Below, in pieces: positions 8,753 through 28,816 of a stretch of DNA of 64,000 nucleotides. The notes beneath the pieces were generated by a model. The model saw nothing but the letters and a program-made list of their open reading frames with translations, searched no databases and was not told the DNA's origin. This DNA is from Candidatus Krumholzibacteriia bacterium (GTDB taxonomy: Bacteria > Krumholzibacteriota > Krumholzibacteriia > Krumholzibacteriales > Krumholzibacteriaceae). Both the position numbers and the translations under genes were made by a program. The DNA is taken from NCBI GenBank assembly GCA_963836185.1, contig CAWIIQ010000001.1, positions 64,001 to 128,000 of the forward strand, given 5' to 3'. Within the stretch, counting starts at the first letter, position 1. Every line of letters begins with the position of its first letter.

Positions 8753-9637
8753 ATGAACGAGGATACGACTAAAAACGAGGGGACCGAAAAGTCCCCCGAT
8801 GAAGTAATCATCTCTTCAGAAGAGCCGGAAACGGTCGCTGAAGAGGCGGGCGCCGTCATGCCTGAAGAGCTTTTCGATGAAGAGATGCTCGACAGCGAGG
8901 ACGACGATACCCCGCAGGAGGAATCGACGGAGGCTCCCGAAACCGAGGAGATCGCTTCCAACTCCGAGGAAGAGGCGGAGCCCGTTGACAAGGGGGAGGA
9001 ACCGGACGCGGAAACGGCCGGAGATACCCCCGAACCCGGAGAAACCCCGCAGGCTGAAGAAGCAGTGGCGGAGGGTGGCACCGATGTGGACGGTGCCGGT
9101 ATCGGTGCGAAAAAAATGCGCTGGTACGTCCTTCACACTTACTCCGGCCGGGAGGCAAAGGTCCGGGATACGATCGAGCGCCTGATCAGGGCTTCCGATA
9201 TGGAAGACCGGTTCGGCAAGGTTCTCGTAGCCACCGAAGAAGTGGCTGAGATGAAGAAGGGCAAGAAGACCGTTTCGAAGCGGAAGCTTTTTCCCAGCTA
9301 CATACTCATCGAGATGGAGATGACGAACGAGACGTGGAGTCTCATCGAAAACGTCCCCGGCGTAACACATTTCGTCGGCGGGGGCACGAAGCCTTTTCCC
9401 ATTCCGAAGAAGGAAGTCGACAGGATCCTTGGCCGGATGGAGAAGAAAGAGGGGATCATCCCCGAGGTCCCGTTCACGATCGGCGAACACGTCAGCGTGG
9501 TCGACGGACCCTTCTCCGAGTTTACCGGCATAGTCGACGAGATAAATCCGGAAAGGGGAAAGCTCAAGGTCCTCGTAAGCATTTTCGGGAGAGAGACCCC
9601 GGTCGAGCTCGACTTCCTTCAGGTCAAACCTCTATAG
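8753..9637 (+). CDS. nusG: Transcription factor NusG with ~120-aa acidic N-terminal extension
   Basis: [23 protein letters not shown] motif [16 protein letters not shown]. Confidence 0.95.
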   Translation: MNEDTTKNEGTEKSPDEVIISSEEPETVAEEAGAVMPEELFDEEMLDSEDDDTPQEESTEAPETEEIASNSEEEAEPVDKGEEPDAETAGDTPEPGETPQAEEAVAEGGTDVDGAGIGAKKMRWYVLHTYSGREAKVRDTIERLIRASDMEDRFGKVLVATEEVAEMKKGKKTVSKRKLFPSYILIEMEMTNETWSLIENVPGVTHFVGGGTKPFPIPKKEVDRILGRMEKKEGIIPEVPFTIGEHVSVVDGPFSEFTGIVDEINPERGKLKVLVSIFGRETPVELDFLQVKPL

Positions 9638-9695
9638 CAAGGGCAGACCGCCGGAACGAGGGCGCTCCGTTAATCAAACAGGAGCAGAAGATCCT

Positions 9696-10133
9696 ATGGC
9701 TAAGAAGTCAAAGAAGAAAGTGCTCAAGATCATCAAGCTACAGATCCCCGGCGGCCAGGCAACGCCTGCGCCTCCAGTGGGGCCGGCGCTTGGACAGATG
9801 CAGGTCAGCTCGGTGGACTTCTGCAAGCAGTTCAACGCCGCGACGACGAGCATGACGGGAACGATCGTCCCTGTGGAGATCACAGTTTACGCGGACAAGA
9901 GTTTCTCCTTCATTACCAAGTCCCCTCCCGCATCCGAGATGCTGCGTAAGGCGGCCGGGATCGCGAAGGGCTCGGGAGAGCCAAACAAGGATAAGGTAGC
10001 GAAGATAAAGCATGCACAGGTCGAGGAGATCGCGAAGGCCAAGATGAAAGACCTCAACGCGTTCGATCTCGATGCGGCTGTAAGGATGATCGAGGGTTCA
10101 GCCCGTTCAATGGGCATAATCATCGAAGATTAA
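9696..10133 (+). CDS. rplK: 50S ribosomal protein L11
   Basis: [20 protein letters not shown]. Confidence 0.97.
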   Translation: MAKKSKKKVLKIIKLQIPGGQATPAPPVGPALGQMQVSSVDFCKQFNAATTSMTGTIVPVEITVYADKSFSFITKSPPASEMLRKAAGIAKGSGEPNKDKVAKIKHAQVEEIAKAKMKDLNAFDLDAAVRMIEGSARSMGIIIED

Positions 10134-10150
10134 AAGAGAGTGGTCGAAAG

Positions 10151-10852
10151 ATGAAGCGCGGCAAGAAATACGATGAAAGCATGGCCCGTATCGATCGCAC
10201 GAGGGAATATCCCCTCGAAGAAGCGGTCGAGGTCATCAAGAACCTGCCCGCGGGAAATTTCGACGAAACGTTCGAGTTCTCGGCGAGGCTCGGTGTGAAC
10301 CCCAGGCATGCTGACCAGCAGGTCAGGGGTACCGTCCTGCTTCCTCATGGTACGGGCCGGGACGTTCGCGTCCTCGTTCTCACCAAGGGGGAGAAGGAGA
10401 TCGAAGCCAGTGAAGCCGGGGCCGACTTTGTCGGATCGGACGAATTCATCGAGAAGATAAAAGACGGTTGGTTCGAGTTCGATGTCGCTATCGCGACACC
10501 CGATATGATGGGTGAGGTAGGGAAACTGGGCCGTATCCTCGGTCCCAGGGGCCTTATGCCGAACCCGAAGGTCGGAACGGTCACATTCGATGTCGGCAAG
10601 GCGGTCAAGGACGCCAAGGCCGGCAAGATCGAATACCGTGTCGACAAGGGCTCGAACATTCACGTGCCGGTAGGCAAGGTTTCATTTGATAAGCAGAAAC
10701 TGGTCGAGAACATCCAGGCCCTCGTGCTGGAACTTCTCAGGGCGAAGCCCGCGTCGGCGAAAGGAAAGTATGTGCTCAGCCTGCACCTTTCCTCGACGAT
10801 GGGTCCGTCGGTGAAGCTTGACACAGCGGTTCTGCTGAACGAGCTGCGGTAG
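10151..10852 (+). CDS. rplA: 50S ribosomal protein L1
   Basis: [23 protein letters not shown]. Confidence 0.97.
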   Translation: MKRGKKYDESMARIDRTREYPLEEAVEVIKNLPAGNFDETFEFSARLGVNPRHADQQVRGTVLLPHGTGRDVRVLVLTKGEKEIEASEAGADFVGSDEFIEKIKDGWFEFDVAIATPDMMGEVGKLGRILGPRGLMPNPKVGTVTFDVGKAVKDAKAGKIEYRVDKGSNIHVPVGKVSFDKQKLVENIQALVLELLRAKPASAKGKYVLSLHLSSTMGPSVKLDTAVLLNELR

Positions 10853-10866
10853 AAAGGAGGTCGGAT

Positions 10867-11388
10867 ATGGTGCAGCCTGCGAAAACGGAAACAGTCGAGG
10901 AGCTCAAGAGATTGATCGAAGAATCGAAGAGTGTGATCCTCAACGATTTCACCGGACTCAATGTGGCGGACATCTCCGAGCTCCGCCGCCAGTGCCGTGA
11001 AAACGGTATCACGTTCAGGGTGATCAAGAACACCCTGGCAAGGAGAAGCTTCAACGAACTGGGCATCGAGGGCATGGACGCCCTCCTCGAGGGCCCGACC
11101 GCGTTAGCCGCTTCGGTGGTTGACGAAGTCGCCCCCGCCCATGTGATCAAGAAGTTTGCTGACGAGTATAAACTCCCCCGTTTCAAGGGGGGATATGTGG
11201 CCGGCCGGATCCTCGATGAGAAGGAGACGGTAAGGCTCGCGTCGCTCCCGTCACGCGATGTCCTCATCGCCACGACAGTCAGTGCGTTCCAGGCGCCGCT
11301 TCGAGGGCTTGTTGGAGTCCTCAATGCTTCCATGCGGGACCTGGTCGGCGTACTCGACGCGATCAAGGAAAAGAAGGGAGCGGCCTGA
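10867..11388 (+). CDS. rplJ: 50S ribosomal protein L10
   Basis: GLNV..LR, VIKNTL, LEGPTA, LASLPSR; synteny. Confidence 0.95.
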   Translation: MVQPAKTETVEELKRLIEESKSVILNDFTGLNVADISELRRQCRENGITFRVIKNTLARRSFNELGIEGMDALLEGPTALAASVVDEVAPAHVIKKFADEYKLPRFKGGYVAGRILDEKETVRLASLPSRDVLIATTVSAFQAPLRGLVGVLNASMRDLVGVLDAIKEKKGAA

Positions 11389-11460
11389 TAGAGGCCGGGC
11401 GGCCGGCTCGATCGCCTGCCGCTGTACGTAGCCGTTAAACCGATTCGTTCGAAAGAGAGG

Positions 11461-12030
11461 ATGGCAATGCCCGCCAAGAAAGATGACGAAAAGAAAACTG
11501 CCGAGGCCGTAGAAGAGAAGGCCGAGGAGAAGGCTGAGAAGCCCAAGAAGAAAGCAGAGAAGAAGGCCGAAGAGAAGCCCGTAGAAGAGGCTCCGGCCGA
11601 GAAAAAGGCTGAAGAGCCGAAAGCCGAGGAGAAAAAAGTGGAGGCCAGCTCCAAGAATGTAGAGAAGATAGTCGAGGCAGTCGAGAAGATGACGGTACTC
11701 GAGCTTTCCGAGCTCGTAAAGGTCCTCGAGGACAGGTTCGGCGTAACCGCAGCCGCTCCGATGGCAATGATGCCCGGTATGATGATGGGCGGGGGCGCAG
11801 TTGAAGAGGCCGAGGAAAAGACCGAGTTCGACGTTGTCCTCACGGACTTCGGCAGCCAGAAGATCCAGGTCATCAAGGTCGTCAGGGCCATTACCGGCCT
11901 CGGACTGATCGAGGCGAAGAAAGTGGTCGAGGAGGTTCCTGGAACAGTCAAGGAAGGCGTCAACAAGGACGAAGCCGAAGAGATCAAGAAGCAGCTTGAA
12001 GAGGTCGGCGCGACAGTAGAAGTAAAGTAA
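11461..12030 (+). CDS. rplL: 50S ribosomal protein L7/L12 with Lys/Glu/Ala-rich N-terminal extension (alternative GTG start 11638)
   Basis: [34 protein letters not shown]. Confidence 0.93.
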   Translation: MAMPAKKDDEKKTAEAVEEKAEEKAEKPKKKAEKKAEEKPVEEAPAEKKAEEPKAEEKKVEASSKNVEKIVEAVEKMTVLELSELVKVLEDRFGVTAAAPMAMMPGMMMGGGAVEEAEEKTEFDVVLTDFGSQKIQVIKVVRAITGLGLIEAKKVVEEVPGTVKEGVNKDEAEEIKKQLEEVGATVEVK

Positions 12031-12081
12031 CCGTTTTTAATATAGGTCGGCGAAGAGCCGAGACAAGGGGGATCGGTCTAC

Positions 12082-15872
<3,791 letters not shown>

Positions 15873-15889
15873 AGATACGGAGGTATCCG

Positions 15890-20001
<4,112 letters not shown>

Positions 20002-20044
20002 GTATGAGCCGGGAAGTGCCTCCCGACTCGACTAAATTTATTTC

Positions 20045-20073
20045 TTGACAGGGACATAACAGGATGTTAGATT
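20045..20073 (+). promoter_or_regulatory. Sigma70 promoter of str operon
   Basis: TTGACA-N17-TAGATT with TG extension, AT-rich upstream. Confidence 0.7.
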
Positions 20074-20150
20074 GCTCATCTGCGCAATGATTTGCCTGTC
20101 GGTAGTTAAAATAATCGACAATAGAGCGAGAGCAGGAGAAAAGGTATAAC

Positions 20151-20535
20151 GTGCCTACTATTAATCAGTTAGTGCGAAAGGGCAGAAAAGCCCAGACAAA
20201 GAAGACAAGCGCTCCGGCGCTGCAGGCCTGTCCCCAGAAGCGGGGAGTCTGCACGAGGGTCTATACTTCGACGCCGAAAAAGCCCAACTCGGCTATCCGT
20301 AAGGTCGCTCAGAGTAAGGCTCGTAAACGGTTTCGAAGTGACCGCGTACATTCCCGGGGAGGGACATAATCTCCAGGAGCATTCGATCGTACTCGTCAGG
20401 GGAGGCAGGGTAAAGGATCTCCCCGGCGTCAGATATCATATAGTCCGCGGCACTCTTGACACCAGCGGTGTCGACGGCCGTACGAAGCGCCGTTCGAAGT
20501 ACGGCGTCAAGAGGCCCAAGAAGGCCACGTCCTAG
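20151..20535 (+). CDS. rpsL: 30S ribosomal protein S12 (apparent +1 frameshift ~20310)
   Basis: [17 protein letters not shown], then [24 protein letters not shown] in next frame. Confidence 0.95.
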
Positions 20536-20549
20536 AAGGAGCAATCGTA

Positions 20550-21020
20550 ATGCCTCGCAGACGGGAAGTAGTAAAAAGAGATATAACGCCTGATCCGAAG
20601 TACGGCGACGTCCTTCTGGCTCGTTTCATCAACTATCTGATGCGCAGGGGCAAGAAGAGTACGGCCGAGCGGATCGTATATGACGCCATCGATATGATCG
20701 AGGAGAAGACAGGCCAGAGTGGTGTCGATGTCCTCAAGAAGGCGATAGAGAATGTCAAGCCGGTCCTCGAGGTCACCTCGAGGAGGGTCGGCGGGGCCAC
20801 GTATCAGGTTCCGATCGAGGTCCGTCCCAATCGCAGGCTCGCGCTGGCGATGCGATGGATCATCGGCTACGCGAAGGACAGGCCCGAGAGAAAGATGGCG
20901 CAGAAGCTCTCCGTCGAGCTCCTCAACGCCTACAACAAAGAGGGCCCGTCGGTCAAGAAGCGCGAGGATACGCACAGAATGGCAGAGGCCAACAAGGCCT
21001 TCGCTCATTACAGGTGGTAG
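20550..21020 (+). CDS. rpsG: 30S ribosomal protein S7
   Basis: [24 protein letters not shown]. Confidence 0.97.
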   Translation: MPRRREVVKRDITPDPKYGDVLLARFINYLMRRGKKSTAERIVYDAIDMIEEKTGQSGVDVLKKAIENVKPVLEVTSRRVGGATYQVPIEVRPNRRLALAMRWIIGYAKDRPERKMAQKLSVELLNAYNKEGPSVKKREDTHRMAEANKAFAHYRW

Positions 21021-21258
21021 ACAGCATCCCCGGCTACTGCTGGTTCGGGATGCTTTGATATAAGAGGTGTGGGGTGGAATCCCTGCCGAAGCCTTCGAGT
21101 TGCAATTGAAGGAACCGGCGGGAAGACGAGGGAAAGAATTAAATGGTTTACAGGCAGCTTTGCTTTAACAGCATTAACCGCCGTATGACCCTCTGATCCC
21201 CTGTCGGGCTTTTGCCGGGCAGTCGGGAGATCATGGGTCCGGCGCTGGAGAAAGTTCG

Positions 21259-23339
21259 ATGTCAAGAGATTACCCTCTAGACAAGACTCGTAATATCGGT
21301 ATCGCCGCGCATATCGACGCGGGGAAGACTACCGTGACGGAAAGGATCCTGTTCTATTCGGGCAAGGTCCACCGTATGGGCGAGGTGCATGAGGGCAGCG
21401 CGGTGATGGACTGGATGGAGCAGGAGCGCGAACGCGGTATCACGATCACATCGGCCGCTACGACCTGCGACTGGAAGGATCACCGGATCAATATCATCGA
21501 TACCCCGGGGCACGTCGATTTCACCGTAGAGGTCGAGAGAAGCCTCAGGGTGCTTGACGGCGTCGTCGCGGTCTTCTGCGCGGTCGGCGGTGTCGAGCCG
21601 CAGTCCGAGACGGTATGGCGGCAGGCGGACAAGTATTCCATTCCGCGTCTCGCGTTCGTCAACAAGATGGATCGCGTAGGCTCGGATTTTCTGAATGTGG
21701 TGCAGATGATGCGCACGAAGCTCAAGGCGAACGCGATACCGGTCCAGCTCCCCATCGGAGCGGGAGAGGATTTTACCGGGATCGCCGACCTGATCAGCAT
21801 GAAAGCCTACACATATGACAACGAGAATCTCGGCTCTACATATGTAGAGAGTGTCATCCCGGAGGACCTGATGGTCTCGTGTGAGATGGCGAGAGAAGAG
21901 CTTCTCGAATCTCTCGCCGATTATGATGAAGAAATCGTTCATCACGTCCTGGACGGAGCCGACGTGAGTGAAGAGACTATAAGGAAGGCCCTGCGCAAGG
22001 CAGTGCTGGACGCGGCCGTCGTGCCGGTCCTCTGCGGTTCGGCCTTCAAGAACAAGGGCGTGCAGCATCTTCTCAATGCGGTCGTCGACCTTCTTCCCAA
22101 CCCGATGGATGTCCCGCCGGTAAAAGGCGTGAACCCCTTCTCGAAGCTGGAAGAGGAGAGGGCGGCCGATCCGAATGCGCCATTCGCGGCTCTCGTGTTC
22201 AAGGTCATGACGGACCCTTACGTCGGGCTGCTTCATTACATGAGGGTCTACAGCGGAACGGTCAAGACGGGGACGCATATCGTGAACGCGTCGAACAAGA
22301 AGAAGGAGCGCTTCGGCCGTGTGCTTCTCATGCACGCCAACAAGCGCGAAGAGCTGACCGAAGTATCGGCCGGCGACATCGTTGCGGTCGTCGGGTTGAA
22401 GCATTCGGGTACAGGTGACACGCTGTGCGATACGAAGCATCCTCTCATGCTCGAGATGATGGATTTCCCCGAGCCGGTGATCCCGTGGCGATAGAGCCGA
22501 AGACGAAGGCCGACGAACTGAAGCTTTCGGAGGCCCTGGGAAGGTTGAGCAACGAGGATCCTACATTCGTCGTAAAGATCGACGAGGATACAGGTCAGAC
22601 GCTGATATCCGGGATGGGCGAACTTCACCTCGAGATCCTGGTCGACAGGATGCTCAGGGAGTTCAGTGTCCACGCGAATGTCGGACGCCCCCAGGTCGCC
22701 TTCAAGGAGACGATCACGAAGAAGACCCGCAGCGAGGGACGATTCGTCCGCCAGAGCGGCGGAAGGGGCCAGTACGGGCATGCTATCGTCGAGATCGAGC
22801 CGAATCCCGGTGGAGGCTTCGAGTTCGAGACCAGGATGCGGGGAGCTGCTGTTCCCAAGCAGTATGTGCCGTATGTCGAGGAAGGTATCCGCCAGTCGAT
22901 GGCCAGCGGGCCTGTCAACGGCTGTCCGATGGTCGATGTGAAGGTCACTCTGATCGACGGCTCGTTCCACGAGGTCGATTCGAGCGAGCTGGCCTTCCGA
23001 GTCGCGGGCAGCATGGCCTTCAACGATGGAGTGAGGAAGGCCGGGCCGGTTCTTCTCGAGCCGGTAATGGACGTCGAAGTGGTTCTCCCGACGGAGTACG
23101 TCGGAGACGTCATGAGCGATCTTAATATGCGAAGAGGTAAAGTCGAAGGGATGTCCCAGCGCGCCGATACACAGGTTATTGCAGCGAGGGCGCCCCTTTC
23201 CGACATGTTCGGTTACGCGACAGCCCTGCGTTCGCTGACGCAGGGGCGGGCGATCTACAGCATGCAGTTCTCACATTATGACCGGGTGCCCGGAGAGATG
23301 GTCGCGCAGCTACAGGGCAGGGTGCGAGGTCTGGCCTGA
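21259..23339 (+). CDS. fusA: Elongation factor G (apparent -1 frameshift ~22482)
   Basis: [34 protein letters not shown]; length plus 1 nt is a multiple of 3. Confidence 0.95.
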
Positions 23340-23400
23340 GAGAGTATCGTGAAAGTCTGCCCGGCCTGATGCCGGAGCGGGTCGAGAAGGAGGAAGCCGG

Positions 23401-24594
23401 ATGGCTAAAGAGAAGTTTGAACGCAACAAGCCCCACGTAAACGTGGGAACGATCGGGCATGTCGATCATGGCAAGACCACGCTGACGGCAGCGATAACGA
23501 AGCATCTCTCCTCGAAGGGCATGGCGAACTTCGTGCCGTTCGACGAGATCGACAAGGCTCCCGAAGAGCGCGAGCGCGGGATCACGATCGCGACGGCTCA
23601 CGTGGAGTACGAGACGGAGAACAGGCACTACGCACACGTAGACTGCCCGGGACACGCCGATTACATCAAGAACATGATCACGGGCGCCGCGCAGATGGAC
23701 GGCGGCATCGTGGTGGTATCGGCCGCAGACGGTCCGATGCCTCAGACGAGGGAGCACATCCTCCTGGCTCGCCAGGTGAACGTGCCCTACCTGGTGATCT
23801 ACATGAACAAGGTTGATCAGGTAGACGACCCCGAGCTACTCGACCTGGTCGAGCTCGAGGTCAGGGAGCTACTGAGCGAGTACGATTTCCCCGGCGACGA
23901 CATTCCGATCATCCGCGGGAGCGCTCTTCAGGCTCTGAACAGCGAAGACGCGGACAGCGAGGAAGTCAAGAGCATCTGGGAGCTGATGGACGCGATCGAC
24001 AGTTACATACCGACGCCCGAGCGTGACACGGACAAGCCGTTCCTGATGCCTATCGAGGACGTGTTCTCGATCACGGGGCGCGGCACGGTAGGTACCGGGC
24101 GTATCGAGCGCGGGATCGTCAAGGTGGGAGAGGCAGTAGAGGTGATCGGGATCAGGGACACGCAGAAGACCGTAGTGACCGGAGTCGAGATGTTCCGCAA
24201 GCTTCTCGACGAGGGTATGGCGGGCGACAACGTGGGCCTGCTTCTTCGCGGGATGGACAAGGACAAGCTCGACCGCGGGATGGTCGTGGCGAAGCCCGGG
24301 TCGATCACACCTCACCTGAAGTTCAGGGGCAAGGTGTACGTGTTGAAGAAAGAGGAGGGCGGGCGACACACCCCGTTCTTCAACGGATATCGTCCGCAGT
24401 TCTATTTCAGGACGACGGATGTGACGGGAGTGGCGACGCTTCCCGAAGGGACCGAGATGGTAATGCCCGGCGATGATGTGGAGCTGTACATCGAGCTCAT
24501 CACGCCGATAGCTATGGAGAAGGAACTTCGGTTTGCGATCCGTGAGGGCGGCAGGACCGTCGGTGCGGGTGTCGTGACCGAAATCGTAGAATAG
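23401..24594 (+). CDS. tuf: Elongation factor Tu, copy 2 (intact)
   Basis: Full-length 397-aa EF-Tu. Confidence 0.98.
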   Translation: MAKEKFERNKPHVNVGTIGHVDHGKTTLTAAITKHLSSKGMANFVPFDEIDKAPEERERGITIATAHVEYETENRHYAHVDCPGHADYIKNMITGAAQMDGGIVVVSAADGPMPQTREHILLARQVNVPYLVIYMNKVDQVDDPELLDLVELEVRELLSEYDFPGDDIPIIRGSALQALNSEDADSEEVKSIWELMDAIDSYIPTPERDTDKPFLMPIEDVFSITGRGTVGTGRIERGIVKVGEAVEVIGIRDTQKTVVTGVEMFRKLLDEGMAGDNVGLLLRGMDKDKLDRGMVVAKPGSITPHLKFRGKVYVLKKEEGGRHTPFFNGYRPQFYFRTTDVTGVATLPEGTEMVMPGDDVELYIELITPIAMEKELRFAIREGGRTVGAGVVTEIVE

Positions 24595-24613
24595 CGGGTT
24601 GGAGGTTTGCCCG

Positions 24614-24922
24614 GTGGATGGTCAGAACATAAGGATCAAGCTGAAAGCATTTGAACACTCAATGCTGGACCGATGCGCCGAGGAGATAGTAAAGACCGCG
24701 CGGAGGACTGGTTCGGAAGTATCCGGCCCTATTCCTCTTCCGACAAAACGGACTGTCTATACCGTTCTCCGCTCGCCGCATGTAAACAAGAAGTCGCGGG
24801 AACAGTTCGAGATCAGGGTGCACAAGAGGCTTATATGGATAACCAACGTTACTCCTAAAGCCGTGGATGCCCTGCAGAAGCTCGACCTCCCCGCCGGCGT
24901 TGATATCGAGATCAAAGTCTGA
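24614..24922 (+). CDS. rpsJ: 30S ribosomal protein S10
   Basis: [28 protein letters not shown]; GTG start after GGAGG. Confidence 0.96.
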   Translation: MDGQNIRIKLKAFEHSMLDRCAEEIVKTARRTGSEVSGPIPLPTKRTVYTVLRSPHVNKKSREQFEIRVHKRLIWITNVTPKAVDALQKLDLPAGVDIEIKV

Positions 24923-24935
24923 TTCGGAGGATGAG

Positions 24936-25571
24936 ATGATAGGGTTGATCGGCAGGAAAATCGGGATGACCCAGGTCTTCGACGAGAAGGGAACAGTGAT
25001 CCCTGTGTCGGTGATCGAGGCGGGCCCGTGTCCTGTGGTGCAGGTTAAGACCGAGAAGACCGATGGCTACAACGCGATACAGATCGCGTTTGGAGAGGCC
25101 AGACAGTCACGCTCGAACCTGCCGCAGATGGGGCATTTCCGGAAAGCCGGACTCCCGCCTTACCGTTACGTCCAGGAATTCAGGGTGGACGATCCATCCG
25201 CCTTCGAGCCCGGCCAGCTGATCGGTGTCGGCATCTTCGCGGATGTCGCCACGGTCGATGTTACCGGCAAGTCGAAGGGCAAGGGATTCCAGGGCGTAGT
25301 GAAGCGCTTCGGATTCGGGGGCGGCAAGGCCTCCCACGGCGTTAACAAGGTGCACAGGGCGGGCGGTTCGATCGGAATGGCAGCCTGGCCGAGTCGTGTC
25401 CATAAGGGGACGAAGATGCCCGGCAGGATGGGTAACGCCAATAATCACGTAAAGAACCTCAAGGTCGTCGAAGTCGACACTGAAAACAACCTCCTGCTCG
25501 TCAGGGGCGCGGTACCGGGCGCGAGGAATACCATCCTCAGGCTCACCACCACGTCCGCGAAGCAGGGCTGA
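24936..25571 (+). CDS. rplC: 50S ribosomal protein L3
   Basis: [23 protein letters not shown]. Confidence 0.96.
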   Translation: MIGLIGRKIGMTQVFDEKGTVIPVSVIEAGPCPVVQVKTEKTDGYNAIQIAFGEARQSRSNLPQMGHFRKAGLPPYRYVQEFRVDDPSAFEPGQLIGVGIFADVATVDVTGKSKGKGFQGVVKRFGFGGGKASHGVNKVHRAGGSIGMAAWPSRVHKGTKMPGRMGNANNHVKNLKVVEVDTENNLLLVRGAVPGARNTILRLTTTSAKQG

Positions 25572-25583
25572 GCATGAGGAAGA

Positions 25584-26213
25584 ATGATGGCAAGCGCGAA
25601 TCTATATGATTTTAACGGAGACCTGAAGGGCACGGTAGACCTTCCCGAATCGCTCTTCGGCGGTCCTGTGAACAAGTCGGTGCTGTACGACGTGGTGCGC
25701 ATGTACGAGGCCAACAGGCGGCTAGGGTCCGCCAATGCCAAGGAGCGCAGCGAGATCCGTTTCAGCAACGCCAAGCCTTACAGGCAGAAGGGCACCGGAC
25801 GGGCGAGAGCCGGCAGACGTTCCTCTCCGATCTGGAGAGGAGGCGGAGTCGTCTTCGCACCGAAGCCCAGGGATTACGGTTTTACCGTTCCCAAGAAGGT
25901 CAGGAGACTCGCTCTCAAATCGGCTCTGGCTGACAAGGGCGGAGAAGAGAGTGTGTTTGTGGTAGAGAGCGTCTCGATGGAAGCGCCGAAGACGAAGGTC
26001 TTCGCCGGGTTCCTCGAGGCAGCAGGGCTGTCGGGAAAGAAGATACTCTTCATCTCGGCAGGATTCGATGAGAACGTGTTCCGGTCGTCGAGAAATCTCA
26101 AGGGCGTCGAGTTTATACTCGCAGGCGATATGAACGCCCTCAAGATACTCAAGGCCGATACGCTGCTTTTCACGAAGGACGCCCTTGCGAAGATCGAGGA
26201 GGTGTTCGCGTAA
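25584..26213 (+). CDS. rplD: 50S ribosomal protein L4
   Basis: RQKGTGRARAG, WRGGGVVF. Confidence 0.96.
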   Translation: MMASANLYDFNGDLKGTVDLPESLFGGPVNKSVLYDVVRMYEANRRLGSANAKERSEIRFSNAKPYRQKGTGRARAGRRSSPIWRGGGVVFAPKPRDYGFTVPKKVRRLALKSALADKGGEESVFVVESVSMEAPKTKVFAGFLEAAGLSGKKILFISAGFDENVFRSSRNLKGVEFILAGDMNALKILKADTLLFTKDALAKIEEVFA

Positions 26214-26515
26214 TGGCCGATATCCGGAGGATCATCTTCAAGCCCGTGATTACGGAGCGGTCGGCGATACTGAAGGAAGCGGACAACAAGTTCGTTTTCG
26301 AGGTCGATCCCAGGGCGAACAAGAGAGAGATCAAGACCGCTGTCGAGAAGCTCTTCGGCGTTACGGTCCTGCAGGTGCGCACGACAATCCTGCGCGGCAA
26401 GCCGAAGACGACGTTCATGAGGTCCGGCCGGTTCACCGGCAAGCGCGTCGACCGTAAGAAGGCCTTTGTGACATTGGCCAAGGGTGAGAATATCGATATT
26501 TTCGATCAGGTATAG
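26213..26515 (+). CDS. rplW: 50S ribosomal protein L23
   Basis: PVITER, ANKREIKTAVEKLFGV, KKAFVTL. Confidence 0.96.
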   Translation: MADIRRIIFKPVITERSAILKEADNKFVFEVDPRANKREIKTAVEKLFGVTVLQVRTTILRGKPKTTFMRSGRFTGKRVDRKKAFVTLAKGENIDIFDQV

Positions 26516-26587
26516 CTCGCCTCGTTGTATAGCCCCTCCAGGGGCTACATGAGGGCTCGCGGGTGAAAGAGAAAAAGGAACCGATCG

Positions 26588-27421
26588 ATGGCTCTGAAGA
26601 AGTTTAATCCGACTACGCCGACGCTGCGTTTCAAGACGGTCACTGATTACTCCGGCCTTACGAAGAAGGCTCCGGAGAAATCGCTTCTCGAACCGATCAA
26701 GAAGACTGGCGGACGCAACAACCAGGGACGCATTACGATGCGCCGAATGGGTGGGGGCCACAAGCGCCGCTACCGCAGGATCGATTTCAAGCGCGACAAG
26801 CACGGTGTTCCCGCGAAGGTCGCCTCGATAGAGTACGATCCGAACCGTTCTGCTTTCATCTCGCTCCTGCACTACGCGGACGGGGAGAAGCGTTACATCC
26901 TGACGCCTCACGGGATCAAGGAAGGTGACTCGGTCATATCGGGTCCCGACATCGATATCCATCCCGGCAACTCCCTGCCGCTCGAAAAGATCCCGACGGG
27001 TCTGTTCGTGCACAATATCGAGATGATCGCCGGCCGTGGGGGCCAGATGGTCCGAAGCGCCGGCGCGTATGCGCAGCTCATGGCGAAGGAAGGCAATTAC
27101 GTATCCCTGCGGCTGCCAAGCGGTGAGATCCGCATGGTCCGCAAGGAGTGCTACGCCACCATCGGCCAGGTGAGCAACATAGATCATGAGAACGTAACGA
27201 TCGGAAAGGCAGGCAGGTCCCGCTGGCTCGGCAAGAGGCCGAAGGTCAGGGGCGTTGCCATGAATCCGGTCGATCATCCTCACGGCGGCGGTGAGGGCCG
27301 TACCAGCGGTGGCGGTCATCCCGTGTCCCCCTGGGGCATGCCGACGAAGGGGTACAGGACGAGAGACAAGAAGAATCCCTCTGACAAGTATATCGTCCAC
27401 AGGCGAAAGAAGAAGAGGTAA
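26588..27421 (+). CDS. rplB: 50S ribosomal protein L2
   Basis: [28 protein letters not shown]. Confidence 0.97.
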   Translation: MALKKFNPTTPTLRFKTVTDYSGLTKKAPEKSLLEPIKKTGGRNNQGRITMRRMGGGHKRRYRRIDFKRDKHGVPAKVASIEYDPNRSAFISLLHYADGEKRYILTPHGIKEGDSVISGPDIDIHPGNSLPLEKIPTGLFVHNIEMIAGRGGQMVRSAGAYAQLMAKEGNYVSLRLPSGEIRMVRKECYATIGQVSNIDHENVTIGKAGRSRWLGKRPKVRGVAMNPVDHPHGGGEGRTSGGGHPVSPWGMPTKGYRTRDKKNPSDKYIVHRRKKKR

Positions 27422-27424
27422 TAG

Positions 27425-27700
27425 ATGGCCAGATCACTGAAAAAAGGTCCCTTTATCGATTACAAGCTTCTCCGCAAGATCGAGGGAATGAACGAGACCG
27501 GCGAGAAGAGGGTCATCAAGACCTGGGCCAGGCGATCGACCATCTCTCCCGAGTTTGTGGGTCACACGCTGGCGGTCCACAGCGGGAAGAAGTTCGTTCC
27601 CGTCTTCATTACGGAGAACATGGTGGGTCACAAGGTCGGCGAGTTCGTAGCGACCAGGACTTACAGGGGACATACGAGCAAAGTAAAGAGAAAGCAGTAA
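27425..27700 (+). CDS. rpsS: 30S ribosomal protein S19
   Basis: [27 protein letters not shown]. Confidence 0.97.
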   Translation: MARSLKKGPFIDYKLLRKIEGMNETGEKRVIKTWARRSTISPEFVGHTLAVHSGKKFVPVFITENMVGHKVGEFVATRTYRGHTSKVKRKQ

Positions 27701-27724
27701 GCAGATAAACGGAGGTAGGCGGAG

Positions 27725-28084
27725 ATGGAAGCACGCGCAAAAGCGCGGCAGGTGAGGGTCTCGGCGAGGAAGGCGAGAATAGTCGTCGATCTCGTGAGGG
27801 GACTGTCGGTCGAGAAGGCTCTCGAGACGCTGAAGTTCTCGAGTAAAGCCGTTGCGCGCCCGATCGAGAAGCTCGTTGTTTCGGCCATGCACAACCTGGC
27901 CGGACAGTTCGAGCATCCGGTAGAGCCTGCCGAGATGAAGATCAAGGAGATATTCGTCAACGAGGGCAGGACGATGTACCGGATCAGGCCGAGAGCACAG
28001 GGGCGCGCCTACCGAATCCGTAAGCGCAGCAGCAGTATAACCGTGGTCGTCGATTACAAAGGCGAACTCGAGACCGGAAAGTAA
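27725..28084 (+). CDS. rplV: 50S ribosomal protein L22
   Basis: [16 protein letters not shown]. Confidence 0.96.
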   Translation: MEARAKARQVRVSARKARIVVDLVRGLSVEKALETLKFSSKAVARPIEKLVVSAMHNLAGQFEHPVEPAEMKIKEIFVNEGRTMYRIRPRAQGRAYRIRKRSSSITVVVDYKGELETGK

Positions 28085-28107
28085 GAAGGAAAGACGAGGA
28101 GGATATC

Positions 28108-28794
28108 TTGGGTCAGAAGACAAATCCCGTCGGATTGAGGCTCGGAATCAACCGGTCGTGGGACAGTAAATGGTTTACATCGAAGCATACAGCCGAATGG
28201 CTGGAGGAAGATATCAAGCTGAGGCGTTACGTCAAGAAGCGCCTGGCAAGGGCGGGCGTATCGAAGATCGAAGTAGAGCGCCGCGGCGACAAGGTCAAGA
28301 TCCATATCTATACGGCCAGGCCCGGTATGGTCATCGGACGAAAGGGTGCCGAAGTGGATTTCCTCAGTGAGGAGCTGGCCCACCTCACCGACAAGGAAGT
28401 AAACATAGATATCAAGGAAGTAAAAAAGCCCGAACTTAACGCGCAGCTCGTAGCGGAGCATATCGCGGGACAGCTCGAGCAGAGGGTATCCTTCAGGCGG
28501 GCGATGAAAAAGGCGATAGGCTCCGCTATGAGGATGGGAGCCCTCGGTATAAAGGTGAAATGCTCAGGCAGGCTCGGTGGCGCCGAGATGTCGAGGACGG
28601 AAGGTTACATGGACGGACGTGTTCCTCTGCATACCCTCCGCGCCGACATCGATTACGCCAGGGCGACTGCTTTTACGACATACGGCACAGTCGGCGTGAA
28701 GATCTGGATCTATCTGGGAGAGATTTTCCCCAGGGACTTCAAGAAGCAGCTGGCCGAGAACGCAATAGACGATTCGTCGAAGGACCGTCGCTAG
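28108..28794 (+). CDS. rpsC: 30S ribosomal protein S3
   Basis: [29 protein letters not shown]. Confidence 0.97.
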   Translation: MGQKTNPVGLRLGINRSWDSKWFTSKHTAEWLEEDIKLRRYVKKRLARAGVSKIEVERRGDKVKIHIYTARPGMVIGRKGAEVDFLSEELAHLTDKEVNIDIKEVKKPELNAQLVAEHIAGQLEQRVSFRRAMKKAIGSAMRMGALGIKVKCSGRLGGAEMSRTEGYMDGRVPLHTLRADIDYARATAFTTYGTVGVKIWIYLGEIFPRDFKKQLAENAIDDSSKDRR

Positions 28795-28816
28795 AACGAA
28801 AGAGGTTGATTGAGCC

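Noticed and set aside
10853-10866. L10 leader RNA upstream of rplJ
   Set aside because: Only 14 nt separate rplA and rplJ
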